DNA from: Octopus sinensis
Taxonomy: Eukaryota
Assembly: GCF_006345805.1 (NCBI RefSeq)
Contig: NC_043006.1
Span: 9,858,001-9,922,000 of the forward strand
Direction of reading: 5' to 3'
Length of the DNA stretch: 64,000 nucleotides
Positions 39,755 through 53,151 of this stretch are shown in pieces (position 1 is the stretch's first letter; each line of letters begins with the position of its first letter). Position numbers and translations under genes: made by a program. The notes under the pieces are model-generated. The model made no database searches and was not told the DNA's origin. It saw only the letters and a list, made by a program, of their open reading frames with translations.

Positions 39755-39918
39755 TTGAGAATCCAGGTTCGAATTTTCCCCAAGACACTTGATGAATGCT
39801 GGAGAGTATATCAGCCGAAACGTTGTGTTAACAGCAAATAAGATGAAGACAAATATCCGTCAATTGTAAATATTGTAAATAATGTACATAATTCCTCATC
39901 TCTTAATTATAGAACTGT
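39755..39918 (+). mobile_element. Family H repeat with near-intact hammerhead (C3 to T)
   Basis: acac-TTGATGA-atgctg..cagcc-GAAACGTT-gtgt at 39785-39827. Confidence 0.8.
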
Positions 39919-40089
39919 AAGATCTCATGATGATCAACTAAGTTTCATTGGAAAATTAGGAGGGCGGCTGCATGACCTTTCAGAATCAGAAATCAGACAG
40001 TTGCTCTCTCTGAGGAGACATCAATCTGTAGAGGAGTCCGTCAGGTAACTGTACTGAAACAACTTCTGTTTGTTGATTGTTCTCACAGA

Positions 40090-40775
40090 CATGCTGTCAG
40101 CCACACAGTCGTCTCCCACTTTCATCAGCTATGCTACTAATGAGCCAAATGTTTCAAAGACGCTCAAAGACCCTGGTGATATCCTAAATCTTAAATGTGC
40201 AGAGGGATTTGAACACGATACACTGGTGGACTGAGGAAAATATCATGTAGTTAAGTGCTAGGACGTTTCAGGCAATCCAGTGTCAAAGCCCAAACAGACA
40301 ACTGTCGGAATACAGAGGACGACGAGATAGATCAATGCTAGAGTCACAGTCTAATGATACATCGTTCCATGTACATATTTCCGAAATAGCAACGCTGTAC
40401 AGGGGAGTACTTAGATAGATTCCGAGAGTATTCAGAACAAGTAAAAAGGATATCATGCTAGTTACATGGAGAATTTTGTTTCTCAGTTATCGGTATTCCT
40501 GCTCACAACTCAGCTCACTCCAGGGAATCAAACTGATGGATAAATTCAAAGAAGTCAGCGCCAGTATACTAAGAAGATTGAGCCGGTGAAACTGAGGAGC
40601 TACCAGGAGATGCTAAAGAATTTAAACTTCTAATCCCTAGAGACAACACATGTAAGATATTCAGCTGAATATATAAGGAAGATTCTAGAAGACCTACGCT
40701 CTAACTTTGGAATTGAAAACCAGCCACCGAACGCGGCAACACTACATATACCAAGCCTTCTATATTCTCTATCTA
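40090..40775 (+). mobile_element. CR1/L2-type LINE RT C-terminal remnant
   Basis: DLNTIHWW.EEN...SNDTSFHVHIS...QRQYTKKI...SY.E.LK.L...YIRKILEDLRSNFGIE. Confidence 0.75.
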
Positions 40776-40899
40776 GAATAAAAACTATGATAGCTTCGGT
40801 TTCAAGGATCCAAAACTGTTCAAAATTCTGCCAAATTTCCTCAGAGTTTTGTGAGATAAAGATGGGGAGGTCGTCAACGAACGTGTAGTCGTCGAGGAA

Positions 40900-41580
40900 T
40901 GTGTAGACATTTTTTTCATCTGTTTATAACGCGCTTCTTTTTTAACTATATTGAGAGTGACTCTTCGGAACATGGCTAACATTTCCGGGATAATGTGTTA
41001 TTGGGGCGCGCATGTCTAATTATGGACCAGGTCAGGCCGTATTTTTCATTCTCTTCCCTGAGCCTCCAGATAAAATGAGCCAGTGACGTTACATGCCGTT
41101 TAAGGATTTTTTGGAAGCTAGCAATGTGATTGCGATATCGATTTTTGAAGATATCGACTGATGCACCAGTATTTACATACGATCTTCCAGTAGAGTTTAC
41201 CATGCACTTATATATTCCAATTTTGGTAATGAACTGATTGCCTGTGGGACATTTTGATCAGTTGCTGTATGAGCATAATTGGTTGTTCTGTTTTGTTTTC
41301 TTCCTTGTGTGTAACAAAAACTAGATGAATTGGTTCTATTCGGTATATCCGTGACAATAGTTATACTATTATTATTATTTCTATTTCTGGATGTTAGTGT
41401 TAACGTTTGAATTGTTGCTAGTATGATGCGTTGGTTAGTTATTGTAGATATTGCAGTCGTTTTTTCTCGGCTCATTGGTATTATTGTTCGAGTTATTATC
41501 ACTTTGCTGTATTAAGTGGTTAGTATTATCATTGTCTCTATACTTGGGGGCTTATTTGGAGTTTAGTTTGTTCGCTGTCT
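40900..41580 (-). mobile_element. Penelope-like element, linker plus GIY-YIG endonuclease remnant
   Basis: SKCPTGNQ..GIYKCMV...IFKNRYRNHIASF...HVTSLAHFIWRLRE...WSIIRHA.P...SRKC. Confidence 0.85.
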
Positions 41581-41610
41581 TAGTCATATATATATATATA
41601 TATATAGTAT

Positions 41611-41838
41611 ATTAAATTAGAGATAAATCCACTATTAGACAAATCATACAATGAAAAACTTAAGCCAATACATAAGATTAATTAATTTATATTATTTTAA
41701 ATATATATCAAAATTATTAAAAAAAGATAATTAGTATAACACTACGATCGTTTCATGGCTGTCCAATTCGTAAAAATTCGAGTTACAGTCATTCTTCAGG
41801 TGATTTAAATATTTAACTTAGCGAGGTTTAATCAATGA
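41611..41838 (-). mobile_element. 228-bp HHR-bearing element made of the two ends of the 46.1-47.2 kb element
   Basis: Left part matches 46101-46302; right end ttaacttagcgagg..atcaatga matches 47199-47224. Confidence 0.85.
41738..41805 (-). ncRNA. Type I hammerhead ribozyme, intact core
   Basis: cac-CTGAAGA-atgactgt...acagccat-GAAAC-gatc-GTA-gtg; palindromic ACGATCGT stem III. Confidence 0.8.
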
Positions 41839-41930
<92 letters not shown>

Positions 41931-42008
41931 GGTGTGTGTATTTATATGAATATATATATATGTGCATATATGTATATATATATATATATGTATATGTGTA
42001 TGTGTGTG

Positions 42009-42138
<130 letters not shown>

Positions 42139-42141
42139 ATA

Positions 42142-43041
42142 CAGGGTGAGACAGCAGAGAGGATGGATATGTTTGAAATGGCTATTAACCAACCCCATAT
42201 GTCGGACAGGTCCCATCCTGTTCTTGGTGTCTTAGCATAGCCTTCAGTTTTGGCGAAGCTCTGACCGATAGGATATCGCGTGTTTGCCTACAACGGTTAC
42301 AGGAAGAATAGCCACTCTGTTACAGCAGTTTAGCCTGATTTTCGGCGCCACTTCGACATTCACCGAAATCAGGCTGTTCCCACACGTAACACAATCTTAC
42401 GTTGGGTGAATGCACTTCGTACACGAGGTAGACTGATGAATAGGAGACCGGTGGTGGTGCCACGAACGGTACGGACGCCCCAAAATATAGAAGGGGTCAG
42501 ACAAGCTTTGATACGGAATCCGAATCGCGCTGCACAGAAACATCCCACTGAACTTGGCATCAGTAAAGTGTATGTTGCATGAATATCTTGCATTTTCATC
42601 CGTAAAAATTGGCCATTCGACAACAGTTGAAACCATGGAGCTAAGCAAACCGGCTTAATATCGGGTGTCAGAAGGAAGTCATTTCGGACGCAAATGACAA
42701 CCTAATTTTGTTAATGAGTGATGAAGCTCACTTTCATCTCAATACCATGGTGAATCAATATAACCTTCCTTATCAGGCTCCTGAAAGTCCGAGAGAGCAA
42801 TGTTGCCGAAATCGACAGAGCAATGCTGAGGAGAGTTGAGGCCAACTTCCAAAAACGCCTTCAGAAATGCAGCAATGAAAACGGATATCACATGAAGGAT
42901 GTTGTTTTCAACACTTCATACATAATTTTGACAAATGCTAATTCAATACGAACGCACTAATGTCAGTAATATTTGTTTATAGCTAAAATTAATGATTCTG
43001 ACAATTTTTCAAAACACGTCCGTCCTCTATGCCCCACCCTG
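42142..43041 (+). mobile_element. maT-like (DD37D-type) Tc1/mariner element, internally deleted, both TIRs and TA duplication
   Basis: TA|cagggtg...caccctg|TA; FRRHFDIHRNQAVPTRNTILRWV...RTVRTPQNIE...MSDEAHFHLN..VNQYN then jumps to NFQKRLQKCSNENGYH. Confidence 0.88.
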
Positions 43042-43064
43042 TATGTAAGTAAATATATATACAT

Positions 43065-43140
<76 letters not shown>

Positions 43141-43196
43141 AACATTTAAATACATATATATATGTAAACATATATATATATATGTGTATATTTATG

Positions 43197-43244
<48 letters not shown>

Positions 43245-43615
43245 GTACATATGTACATATAAAATAAGTATATACATACATATGTATATATCTTTAGATA
43301 GAGAGAGATGCATCAGTAAGCGTATAACTATTAATAAATGGAAATCAGTGTGTTATGTATATTAAAAATCTACAACAATCTCATTTTAATTAAAACAACG
43401 ACCCCATATCGGCACAAGTTGCAACTGATATTGTGTAGATTAATTAAATTATCCCGTTAAATCAATATTGTCGCTAATATATTCATTTCTATTTCAAATC
43501 GTATTGCGTAGGCTTTACCCTTGGTGGGTTCTCAGTTAATAAGACATGCATTAGCACCACTACACATTCAGACAACTCTATTGCTAACTCACCTTTTCTA
43601 AATAACCCTCCTATA

Positions 43616-43917
43616 TCTTTATATATAAAAGTGAAGTTGTGTGAGAGTCTGTCTACTCCGATTTAGATTCCTAACTACTCCCACATTTTGCGGTGCAGTT
43701 TAGCCAAAAGCGGGTATCTTATAGTCGTGATTCATATCGAGCTCTTCTGGGCATTAGCACGCGTCTACCATGTCTACGATTTAAAAAATAAATTTACCAT
43801 CATTTTTTCCCATTTTTAATGCCTTTTTTTGCTATTATATAAGTGAAGTAACTCTCTAAAAATGCTTATATAGTTATTTCCCTTTCAAATCCGAGCAACG
43901 CCGGGCGATACTGCTAG
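43616..43917 (+). mobile_element. Non-autonomous Helitron
   Basis: A|TC start, hairpin plus CTAG|T end; same family as 5721-6081. Confidence 0.88.
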
Positions 43918-44560
43918 TTGTATATATTTTATACATGCCATCATACAAGACCAAAATTCCACTTCATCACTATCATGTCTCGTTTTACTATCCTTCCGAA
44001 TATGTTCATTGGAGGAGAAATAATTCAAGCAAAAATATGCAGCGAATGACATGACTTCTAACAGCATGTAAACGACAAATCTTACAATCAGCATACACAG
44101 CAATCAGAGCATTAGGCAAGGGAGAGTAGATAGCAATACATTTTAAAAAGATTTCACAAAGTTTGTCGACATTTACAACGTCGACAAATGTTTTTATTTT
44201 ACAAATCTTATTCAAAGTGAGAAAAAAATATTTTGGAGTAGAACCAATGTTATCAAGTACTTGGCTGCAAAAGACAGCTGGGAAATATCCAAATAGCATC
44301 AATCTATCACTGTCAACATGCTTGATTGCTTTTTGTAATGTGTTCATTTATTCTGTTGTCATTCATACTGAACTTTAAAAAAAAGTTGATTTATTTTCGA
44401 ATTATCTGTAAATAACGTACCATCGTTGTTATATTAAACAATGATATATATAGGTCATCCACGACTATATACATGCTTGTGTATACTTGGGCATATCTAT
44501 AATCATAAAGATTTTGTACACACACACCATACATACACATACACACACATCATACACACT

Positions 44561-44597
<37 letters not shown>

Positions 44598-44722
44598 GAG
44601 CGATATGAGGAATGTGTGTGCTTCTATATTTCTACACAAAAACATAAACACTCACATTATATATAACCATGTATATATATATATATAATATATATATATA
44701 CGTATGTATGTATGGCCGTATG

Positions 44723-44761
<39 letters not shown>

Positions 44762-44783
44762 GTAAGTATGAATCTCCGTATGT

Positions 44784-44823
<40 letters not shown>

Positions 44824-45090
44824 GTATGTATGTATGTCCGTATGTATATATATGAATAATTACTAGGTCGGCCATGGTAGATATGCAGTATATGTTACAA
44901 AGTTTTACTTTGAAACAGTATGTCAGTAGTAAAGCAGCCAATGCAACTGCTTGTCATCCTAAAATACTGTGTATTATCTGGTATAGGCCGTACATGTGTG
45001 CATGTATGTACGAATATATACATGCATATATCAATGTGTTTATCTACCTACATATTTATCTCCATCAAGCTAGCATTGTATCAGTATTAT

Positions 45091-45147
<57 letters not shown>

Positions 45148-45264
45148 ATATATATATATTATGTATATATATATAATACTGATACATATATACATACAAT
45201 AAAATAAACGAAAAGTAAAATTCTTTTCTATTCTAGGCACAACCCCGAAATTTTGTCAAGCGAT

Positions 45265-45312
45265 TTTGGGAGGACAAACACAAACACATAAAGATAGACA
45301 CACACATACGCA

Positions 45313-45370
<58 letters not shown>

Positions 45371-45379
45371 TATATATAT

Positions 45380-45434
<55 letters not shown>

Positions 45435-45685
45435 TACGACGGGCTTCTTTCAGTTTCCGTCTACCAAATCTACTCAAAAGGCTTTGGTCGGCCCGAATAT
45501 ATAGTAGAAGACACTTGCCCAAGTTGCCACGCAGTGCCACGCAGTGCCACGCAGTGCCACGCAGTTCCACGCAGTCCCACGCAGTGTCACGAAGTGCCAC
45601 GCAGTGCCACGCAATGCCACGCAGTGCCACGCAGTGCCACGCAGTGCCACGCAGTGCCACGCAGTGCCACGTAGTACCACGCAGT
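45265..45685 (-). mobile_element. SINE family A portion ending in an amplified 10-bp CORE-domain repeat
   Basis: Family A middle, then about 14 copies of gcagtgccac from about 45525. Confidence 0.88.
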
Positions 45686-45947
45686 CATCACCAATATCTG
45701 AAGTTCTGTCTTATCATTAATGGTGCGAAACTGAGTAATACCATTTTGGTTGATAACTGTGGAATTAGGGACCCTTTGTTTCTCGCGTCCACTTATTCCC
45801 TCAGCACGCGCATACGCTTTTGTTTGTCGTTGTTTATTTACAATGTATTTTTTCATGTATTAAGTAACGGTATGCACGCGCACTCGGCTTCTTTAACAGT
45901 AAGTATATGTATGTTTGCGTGTATGTGTGTGAATGTGTACGTGAGTG

Positions 45948-46003
<56 letters not shown>

Positions 46004-46041
46004 ACTATCTATCTATCTATCTATCTATCTATCTGTTTGTT

Positions 46042-46090
<49 letters not shown>

Positions 46091-46100
46091 TATATATTAT

Positions 46101-47224
46101 ATTAAATTAGAGATAAAACCACTATTAGGCAAATCATACAATGAAAAAATTAAGCCAATACATAAGATTAATTAATTTATATTATTTTAAATATATATCA
46201 AGATTATTAAAAAAAGATAATTAGTATAACACTACGATCGTTTCATGGCTGTCCAATTCGTAAAAATTCGAGTTACAGTCATTCTTCAGGTGATTTAAAT
46301 ATCTAAAATATAATCAGAAATATTTAAACAATATTTTTAAGATATACATAATATATATAATATAATAATTTTACTTATAATAAACTCTATTATCAAACTA
46401 GAGACATAGAACTTAACAATTATGATTATATCCAAATCGACTATAATGTTAAATATTAATTTTAATTTATAAGGTAGGAAACCCACCCATAATCTAATAT
46501 CAATATTTGTCTATATCTAATTACATAAATATTTAAAATGACTAATATATATAAATTATCAATGAAAATATATAAATATTATAATTAAAATCTAAAATAA
46601 TCTCTATAAATAATTGTATATGCACATATAATAAAAACCTAATAAATTTAATTTTTCATATTTAAAGATGAAATAGCTAATTTCAAAATACAAATAAACT
46701 AACTCAAACGAACTTTCGGAAATCATATGTAAAATACTTTTAGAAATAATCAATTCGTAGTAATATAGTATCGAATAAATACTATAAGTACTATAAATAT
46801 AATTATGAATGGGAATAATGATCGAATATAAATTTAAAGAAATAACTAAGTTATGCTATTAAATTAGACATAGCCTGGACCAATCTTTAGTGGAAACATA
46901 TCTAAGTTTATCAAAGTTTATCTAATTTAATTATAAATTTAAAACTACAATTAATACTATTAAAACATGTAAATACAAAGCCTAACTTAATACACCTCCT
47001 ATGCTTGCTATCAAATAATAAACCTATCGCTAAGAAGTATCTTACAAATAAACTTAAATTTAATATCTAATAATATAGAAAATTACGATAATTAGATCAT
47101 TACAAAAACAACGATGTTGACATAAGGAGAAATTTTATTACTCCAAAGGCTTATACAATATTAAAATTTAAATTTGAAGATCTTAAATAAATACATACTT
47201 AACTTAGCGAGGTTGAATCAATGA
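46101..47224 (-). mobile_element. 1.1-kb AT-rich non-coding HHR-bearing element (non-autonomous PLE or retrozyme-like)
   Basis: Ends shared with the 41611-41838 element; no ORF in the track; (TA)n at the left flank. Confidence 0.7.
46228..46295 (-). ncRNA. Type I hammerhead ribozyme, identical to 41738-41805
   Basis: Same core and stems, base for base. Confidence 0.8.
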
Positions 47225-47716
47225 ACTAAAATTTTTAATCGGAAAACGTCTTTTACAGTGTTTATAAGAATACTCGTGGAATTACGTTATTAGCCAAAAA
47301 AAATAATAAAATGTTGAAGAATTCATTACGCGTGAGGAACCTACGTTTTATTAAAGATTGTGAATGGGAAAATTATTTGTTTTTCATTGTAAAAAGAATG
47401 AAGTCACAAATAAAGAATAAAATATCTCTATACTATAATATTTATTAATAAAATAACTATGATAGATGAAACTTAATACAAAATAAATTAAATGATTTAA
47501 ATGACTAAATATATATTATACAGATATATATATATGTGGTATGTATGTATGTATGATGTATGTATATGTGTGTATGTATGTATTTATATATGTAAATATA
47601 TTATATATATATATATATTATATTATATATATATATATATATATATAAACTTAGATAAACTTAGATATGTTTCGACCATTGATTGGTCCAGGCCATGTCT
47701 AACTTAATAGCACCAC

Positions 47717-47784
<68 letters not shown>

Positions 47785-47817
47785 TAAGAAAGTTGATTTG
47801 TGAAAGCACGTGGGTGA

Positions 47818-49240
47818 ATATATAAAAAATAGTAAAGAGTGAAAAATCGACAGAAGGCTTAAATGTTAAAAAATATATATATATTTCCGTCAAAATGTCT
47901 GAAGAGTATTAGAAAATTTAAAAAAAAATTTTTCCCCTTATAATGACATAATTTTTAAAGAAAGACCGGTTTCGCATTTAACCTTTTCAAATTTCTTGTG
48001 ACGTTATATTTATGTTGAATGGAGTTATGGTTGTGTTTATGCTCCGGAGAGTTCTAAATAAGAGAAGGTAGTGGGTGATTTCTTCCGGTGTAAGGGAGAT
48101 AATCGCTTAAATTTTTTTTTTTCCCTTTCCCTTAATGTGAATTTCTCTGTATCAGTATGTTCGGATGGTTGAGTCTGGGCTTGTACTTTTCAATGAAAAA
48201 TGTTTCCTTGTTTAGTCTAATTTGTGTTGATGATCCGAAAGCACATTGGTAAAATGGAAAGATTAAAAATTGTGGTAGTAGTTGCTTTGCGCATTTCTCA
48301 ATGTGCTCACTAAAAGGTATCATTCTATATTCTGGGAATGCAATCTGTTGTCGATGCAGTGTGCATCTACGTCTGAGTGATAGTCCCGTGGAACCCACGT
48401 AGTCTTAGTGGCAGCCCGAGCATTTTATGACATAAATTATGTTTTCAGAGGCAGAAAGTGCAACTTTCAAAAATGAATTGGGTACAAATAATCCCTTCCT
48501 TAAGAAAATTACAATAAATAAAAAAGAAAAACCAAACAACCCACGTACAACCTCCAACTATCCTCCATACACTAAAAACAGAAATCACCCACAACCAATC
48601 TTTACAAACCACGCAAGACCTAACAGGGAACTAGCTGACAGAGGACGCGTCTATGAAATAAATTACACCAAAAACAGAACACACCAACAACATCCTAATA
48701 CCAGACCCAACCACCATACAGCACAAACGACACTAGAATAAGAAATACACCACACACAAGTCGCTACTACCCCATGAACCAAAATTACTGGTCCCCACTA
48801 AACACAAGACAAACACAAAAAAACACTATGTCAAGCAACATCCCACATACAAGCAGTTCGAAACAAAAATATTTCCCATACAGAAATTTTACACACACCA
48901 CAAACAATAACAACCGTAGATTCCCACACACACACAACGATCGGGGGCAACAATACCACCACTCCCCCGACCAAATACCACACAACCTCACAGACAATTC
49001 ATACAAACAAAATTACACCCAACATTTTTTAGCCAGGGACCAGGGACACCAGGACACAGGCTGGAACCTAGTAATAAGGAAAAACCGAAGATAATCAATC
49101 TTTCAACCAAACCTCTTTCTAACATAAAATTTTTTTTATTTTAATTTTCTAATACTCTTCAGACATTTTGACGCAAATATATATATATTTTTTAACATTT
49201 AAGCCTTCTGTCGTTTTTTCACTCTTTACTATTTTATATA
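47818..49240. mobile_element. Rearranged Penelope-like element with 115-bp inverted terminal arms
   Basis: Arms at 47818-47932 and 49126-49240. Minus-strand GIY-YIG ASENIIYVIKCSGC..YVGSTGLSLRRRCTLHRQQI...KYKPRLN at 48132-48520. Plus-strand N-terminal KPKIINLSTKPLS near 49085-49125. Confidence 0.82.
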
Positions 49241-50034
49241 TATATATATGCAAGCATAAATGTAAATATATACATATATATGTATGCATGCATACATAAG
49301 ATTGGGAGGAATATGGAAGTATCCTACGTGATTGCGATACGTCTGGCTAAAAGATGTACGTCGAAATTTAGGGGGATCCTTGTGGATTAGATATGACGTA
49401 TGTATATCTGAAGTGATACAGCAATTCATAGGTTAGTGAGTTAACCACATAATATAAAGTTATGATCTAATTTCCCGACATATATTTCGCTAATGTTTTG
49501 TACACATGATTAATCAATTAATTAATGTATTAATCAATTATATTCTGTAACGGTCATCTGTCAAATTTTACTCATAGGAGCACATAAATCGCTCTTCTTA
49601 ATTCTTGAAAGACTGCTACTAACGCTGTTGATGCGGTGGAGGAAGTAGACAATGGACATATGATACTGCGTTCCACCCATTTGCTGTGTACATACAAAGT
49701 TCATGGTCTGAGAGTTGAAAAGTTTATCTCGTGTTACAAGTCTCTGACGAGGAGCACTAGAGAAATTTAATTGGTATTTAATGTCATAACTTTTGTGGCA
49801 GCTCATAATAATGTGGGCGAGTACGCTGATAAATCAGTTAAGTGCAGAATAACTTTTGAAGTAAATACAGTTTGACAATACGACGCGCCAAGGAAAATCA
49901 GGTTAACAACAGTTAAATTGAATTCTATTGAATAAGAAATATATTGGATTGTAAGAAATGCCCAACAAAATTATATTTGTTGAAATATGTCAGGAATGAA
50001 ATGTAAAAAATTGACATTCGTTAGAAACGTTTAG

Positions 50035-50445
50035 TTGATGAGTGGTAAGTAGCTTGCTTACGAACCACATTGTTCTGGGTTCAGTCCCACTACGTGGCAC
50101 TTTAAGCAAGTGTCATCTACTATAGCTTCGGGCCGATCAAAGCTTTGTGAGTGGATTTGGTAGACGGAAACTGAAAGAAGCCCGTCGTATATATGTATAT
50201 ATATAGATGTGGGGGGAGGGGTGTTTGTGTGTCTATGTTTGCCCCCCAAGATTGCTTGACACCAGATGCTCGTGTGTTTACGTCCCCGTAACTTCGCGGT
50301 TCAGCAAAAGAGACCGACAGAATAAGTATTAGGCTTATAAAGAATAAGTCCAGGGATCAATTTGCTCGACTAAAGGCGGGGATCTGGCATGGCTACAATC
50401 AAATGACTGAAACAAGTAAAAGAGTAAAAAAGTAAAAGAGTAACT
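50035..50445 (+). mobile_element. SINE family A, near full length
   Basis: Collinear with the 10483 copy, including the tail. Confidence 0.9.
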
Positions 50446-50865
50446 AATATTATATGGTAAGAGGGACAACGAAGAATTTTTGGTAATGTAACTTCGGATT
50501 TCACATAATGTATTTGTGAAAGGTTTACCTATTGTTTATATAGTAGATACTATCATGTAAGTTGACGAAACATGTCAGCAAAGAAACCAATGTTCCATTG
50601 ACGAGGGTAGCCGCAGTTCTTGTAACATCCCGATGTGACTGATTAGCGGTTACATACAGCTTACATTTTGAACACGTCATCGGCAACTTATGATTGCTAT
50701 GATTATTACAATACTACGATTTCCTGAATCAGCTGTTCCGTTAAGAAATTACGCATCTTTTTTTTTTTTGCTCCATGTAAATGTATATCGATATATGCAT
50801 GTGAAGCCTAATTGGGTTTACCCACATTGATTCTCTATCCCTTTCTCTCTCTCTCTCTCTCTCTC

Positions 50866-50963
<98 letters not shown>

Positions 50964-51039
50964 CTTTCCGCATACATCTGCATACATTTATACATATATA
51001 CATATGTGTGTATGTATACATATATATTTTTTGTTTTAT

Positions 51040-51240
51040 ATTTTACTTGTTCTAGTCATTCGACTGCAGTTATGCAGCACCGCGTTCAGTTGAAGAAATC
51101 GCCCCTAGGACTTATTCTTTATAAGCCTAGTACTTTTTCTATCGGTCACTTTTGCCGAGCCACTAGATTACAGGGACATAAACACAAACATCTGTTATTA
51201 AGCAATAGTGGGGGGACAAACATGTACACACACACAGACA
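51040..51240 (-). mobile_element. SINE family A, 3' half
   Basis: tttacttgttctagtcattcgactgc...ctatcggtcacttttgccg. Confidence 0.8.
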
Positions 51241-51534
51241 TATATATATATATTGTTAAAACGGTAAGATAGCAAAAGAAAAAAAAATATATATATATGT
51301 ATATATTGACCTTCGAAACGTGGAGTAGATGAAATTAAGGCGACTGAAGAAGGGGAATTTTCCCTGTTTGTATGTCCTGTACTCTATTTTTTCGTTGTTT
51401 AAAAAATGTCCATTTCCTCGGTTTTGTGTTTGTGTTTTCGTTTCTCATTGTGTTCGACGTTTTTTTGGTGTCCTGTACCCTATATGCATGTATATATACA
51501 TGTAGAGGTAGGTCGGAGCAGCGAAAACACGTCA

Positions 51535-51620
51535 GCCTCTGCCATGATGGACCGTGAAGTCTGGCGTAGCATTGTAAATTCCATTGTCTCGACCACGCTC
51601 GAACAATGATGATGATGAGA
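51535..51620 (+). mobile_element. RTE LINE extreme 3' end
   Basis: AMMDREVWRSIVNSIVSTTLEQ* followed by a (tga)n tail. Confidence 0.65.
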
Positions 51621-51795
51621 GGTAGGTTCGTACATATATGTATGTATATATGCATATGTTTTTTTATTTATATATATATGTGTGTGTGTGTGTGCGTGTG
51701 TGCGTGTGTGCGTGTGTGTGCGTGTGTGTGTGTGTATTTATATATATATATATATATATATACATAAATATAAATATATATATATACATATATAC

Positions 51796-51828
<33 letters not shown>

Positions 51829-51835
51829 AATATAT

Positions 51836-51868
<33 letters not shown>

Positions 51869-51963
51869 TATAATATATATATATATATATATAAGAATTT
51901 TTTTTTGCGTAATAAGATAAAAAAACAAGGCTGTGTAGATATTAGAGCATTTATAGATAGAAG

Positions 51964-52350
51964 GTCTTACAGCTGTATGTAGGATATTTATTAATTATAT
52001 CCCTTCATCGGAGACGGTGTGAGAGGAAAGTTAAGTGATAGTTAGTTTCGATGTGATACAAAATTGAGAATGAGGTGGAGGAAAGAAAATAGATGCAAGA
52101 TATGTATGGTTATTGAGTTGTAAAATCCATTTTTTAGGCATAATGCTATATATGCAATATTCCAATATTCTATGAGTAAAGACCAAAAGTCCAAGAGAGT
52201 TTTAAATGAGTCCATCCAAATATAGAGTCTATCAGCAATGTAAGATTCCCTTATGAGTGAGATTCACCAGATTTTAAAACTTGGTCATTCCCAGTAGAGA
52301 ATTTATATGCAGTGTTGCAGAGGAAAAGGTTTTTATTTAACGTGACCTAA
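51964..52350 (-). mobile_element. Probable PLE 3' end with decayed hammerhead (51964-52015)
   Basis: gtct-CCGATGA-agggatat..atatcc-tacATAC-agct-GTA-agac; stems retained, core mutated. Confidence 0.55.
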
Positions 52351-52659
52351 AAATAGGGAGTGTGTTAATAAGGTCAAATCGAAAACAGGAAGAGAGGTGT
52401 GAAGAAAGGGAAAGCAAAGAGAAGAGAAGAAAAAATGGAAGAGAAAGAAAAAATGGGAGAGAAAGGAGAGAGAAGAAAGAAAAGAAAATAAGAAGGAGAT
52501 TAGTAAAATAATAACAAAATAATAAAAAATTAAAAAACCCTGAAGATAGGTATAAAGGGAATAAAGAATAAAGAAAAAAGAAAAATGAAGTTATAGATCA
52601 GTCAGTGGTCAGTGGAGATAATTTGAAAGTAGGAGTGGGGGTATGAAAGGTGAAAGATA

Positions 52660-52661
52660 TA

Positions 52662-52751
<90 letters not shown>

Positions 52752-52767
52752 GTATATATATATATAT

Positions 52768-52829
<62 letters not shown>

Positions 52830-53125
52830 ATCTTCCTCCATTATTTTATTATTTTACTTATTTCAGGTATATGACTGCGGCCATGCTGGAAAGTATAAAT
52901 ATACATATATATATGTTTGTGTGTGTATATATATGTATGTATGTGTGTATGTATGTATGTATGTATGTATGTATGTACGTCTGTATGTATGTGTATGTAT
53001 GTATGTATGTATGTATGTATGTATGTATGTATGTATGTATGTATGTATGTATGTATGTATGTATGTATGTATGTATGTATGAATGCATGTACGTATGTAT
53101 GTATGTATGCATGTATATACATGCA
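52660..53125. repeat. (TA)n and (TATG)n microsatellites around a SINE A tail fragment
   Basis: Direct reading; tgactgcggccatgctgga at about 52872. Confidence 0.9.
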
Positions 53126-53151
53126 TAGAAGAGCAAACAATTCACGAGGAG

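Noticed and set aside
45525-45685. CRISPR-like array
   Set aside because: Head-to-tail 10-mers without spacers, in eukaryotic context.
46300-47200. Mitochondrial insertion (NUMT), suggested by extreme AT content
   Set aside because: No recognisable mt rRNA, tRNA or protein motif; its ends match the HHR element at 41.6 kb.
51305-51370. Permuted hammerhead (ccttcGAAAC...CTGAAGAagg)
   Set aside because: No NUH cleavage triplet and no stem I pairing.
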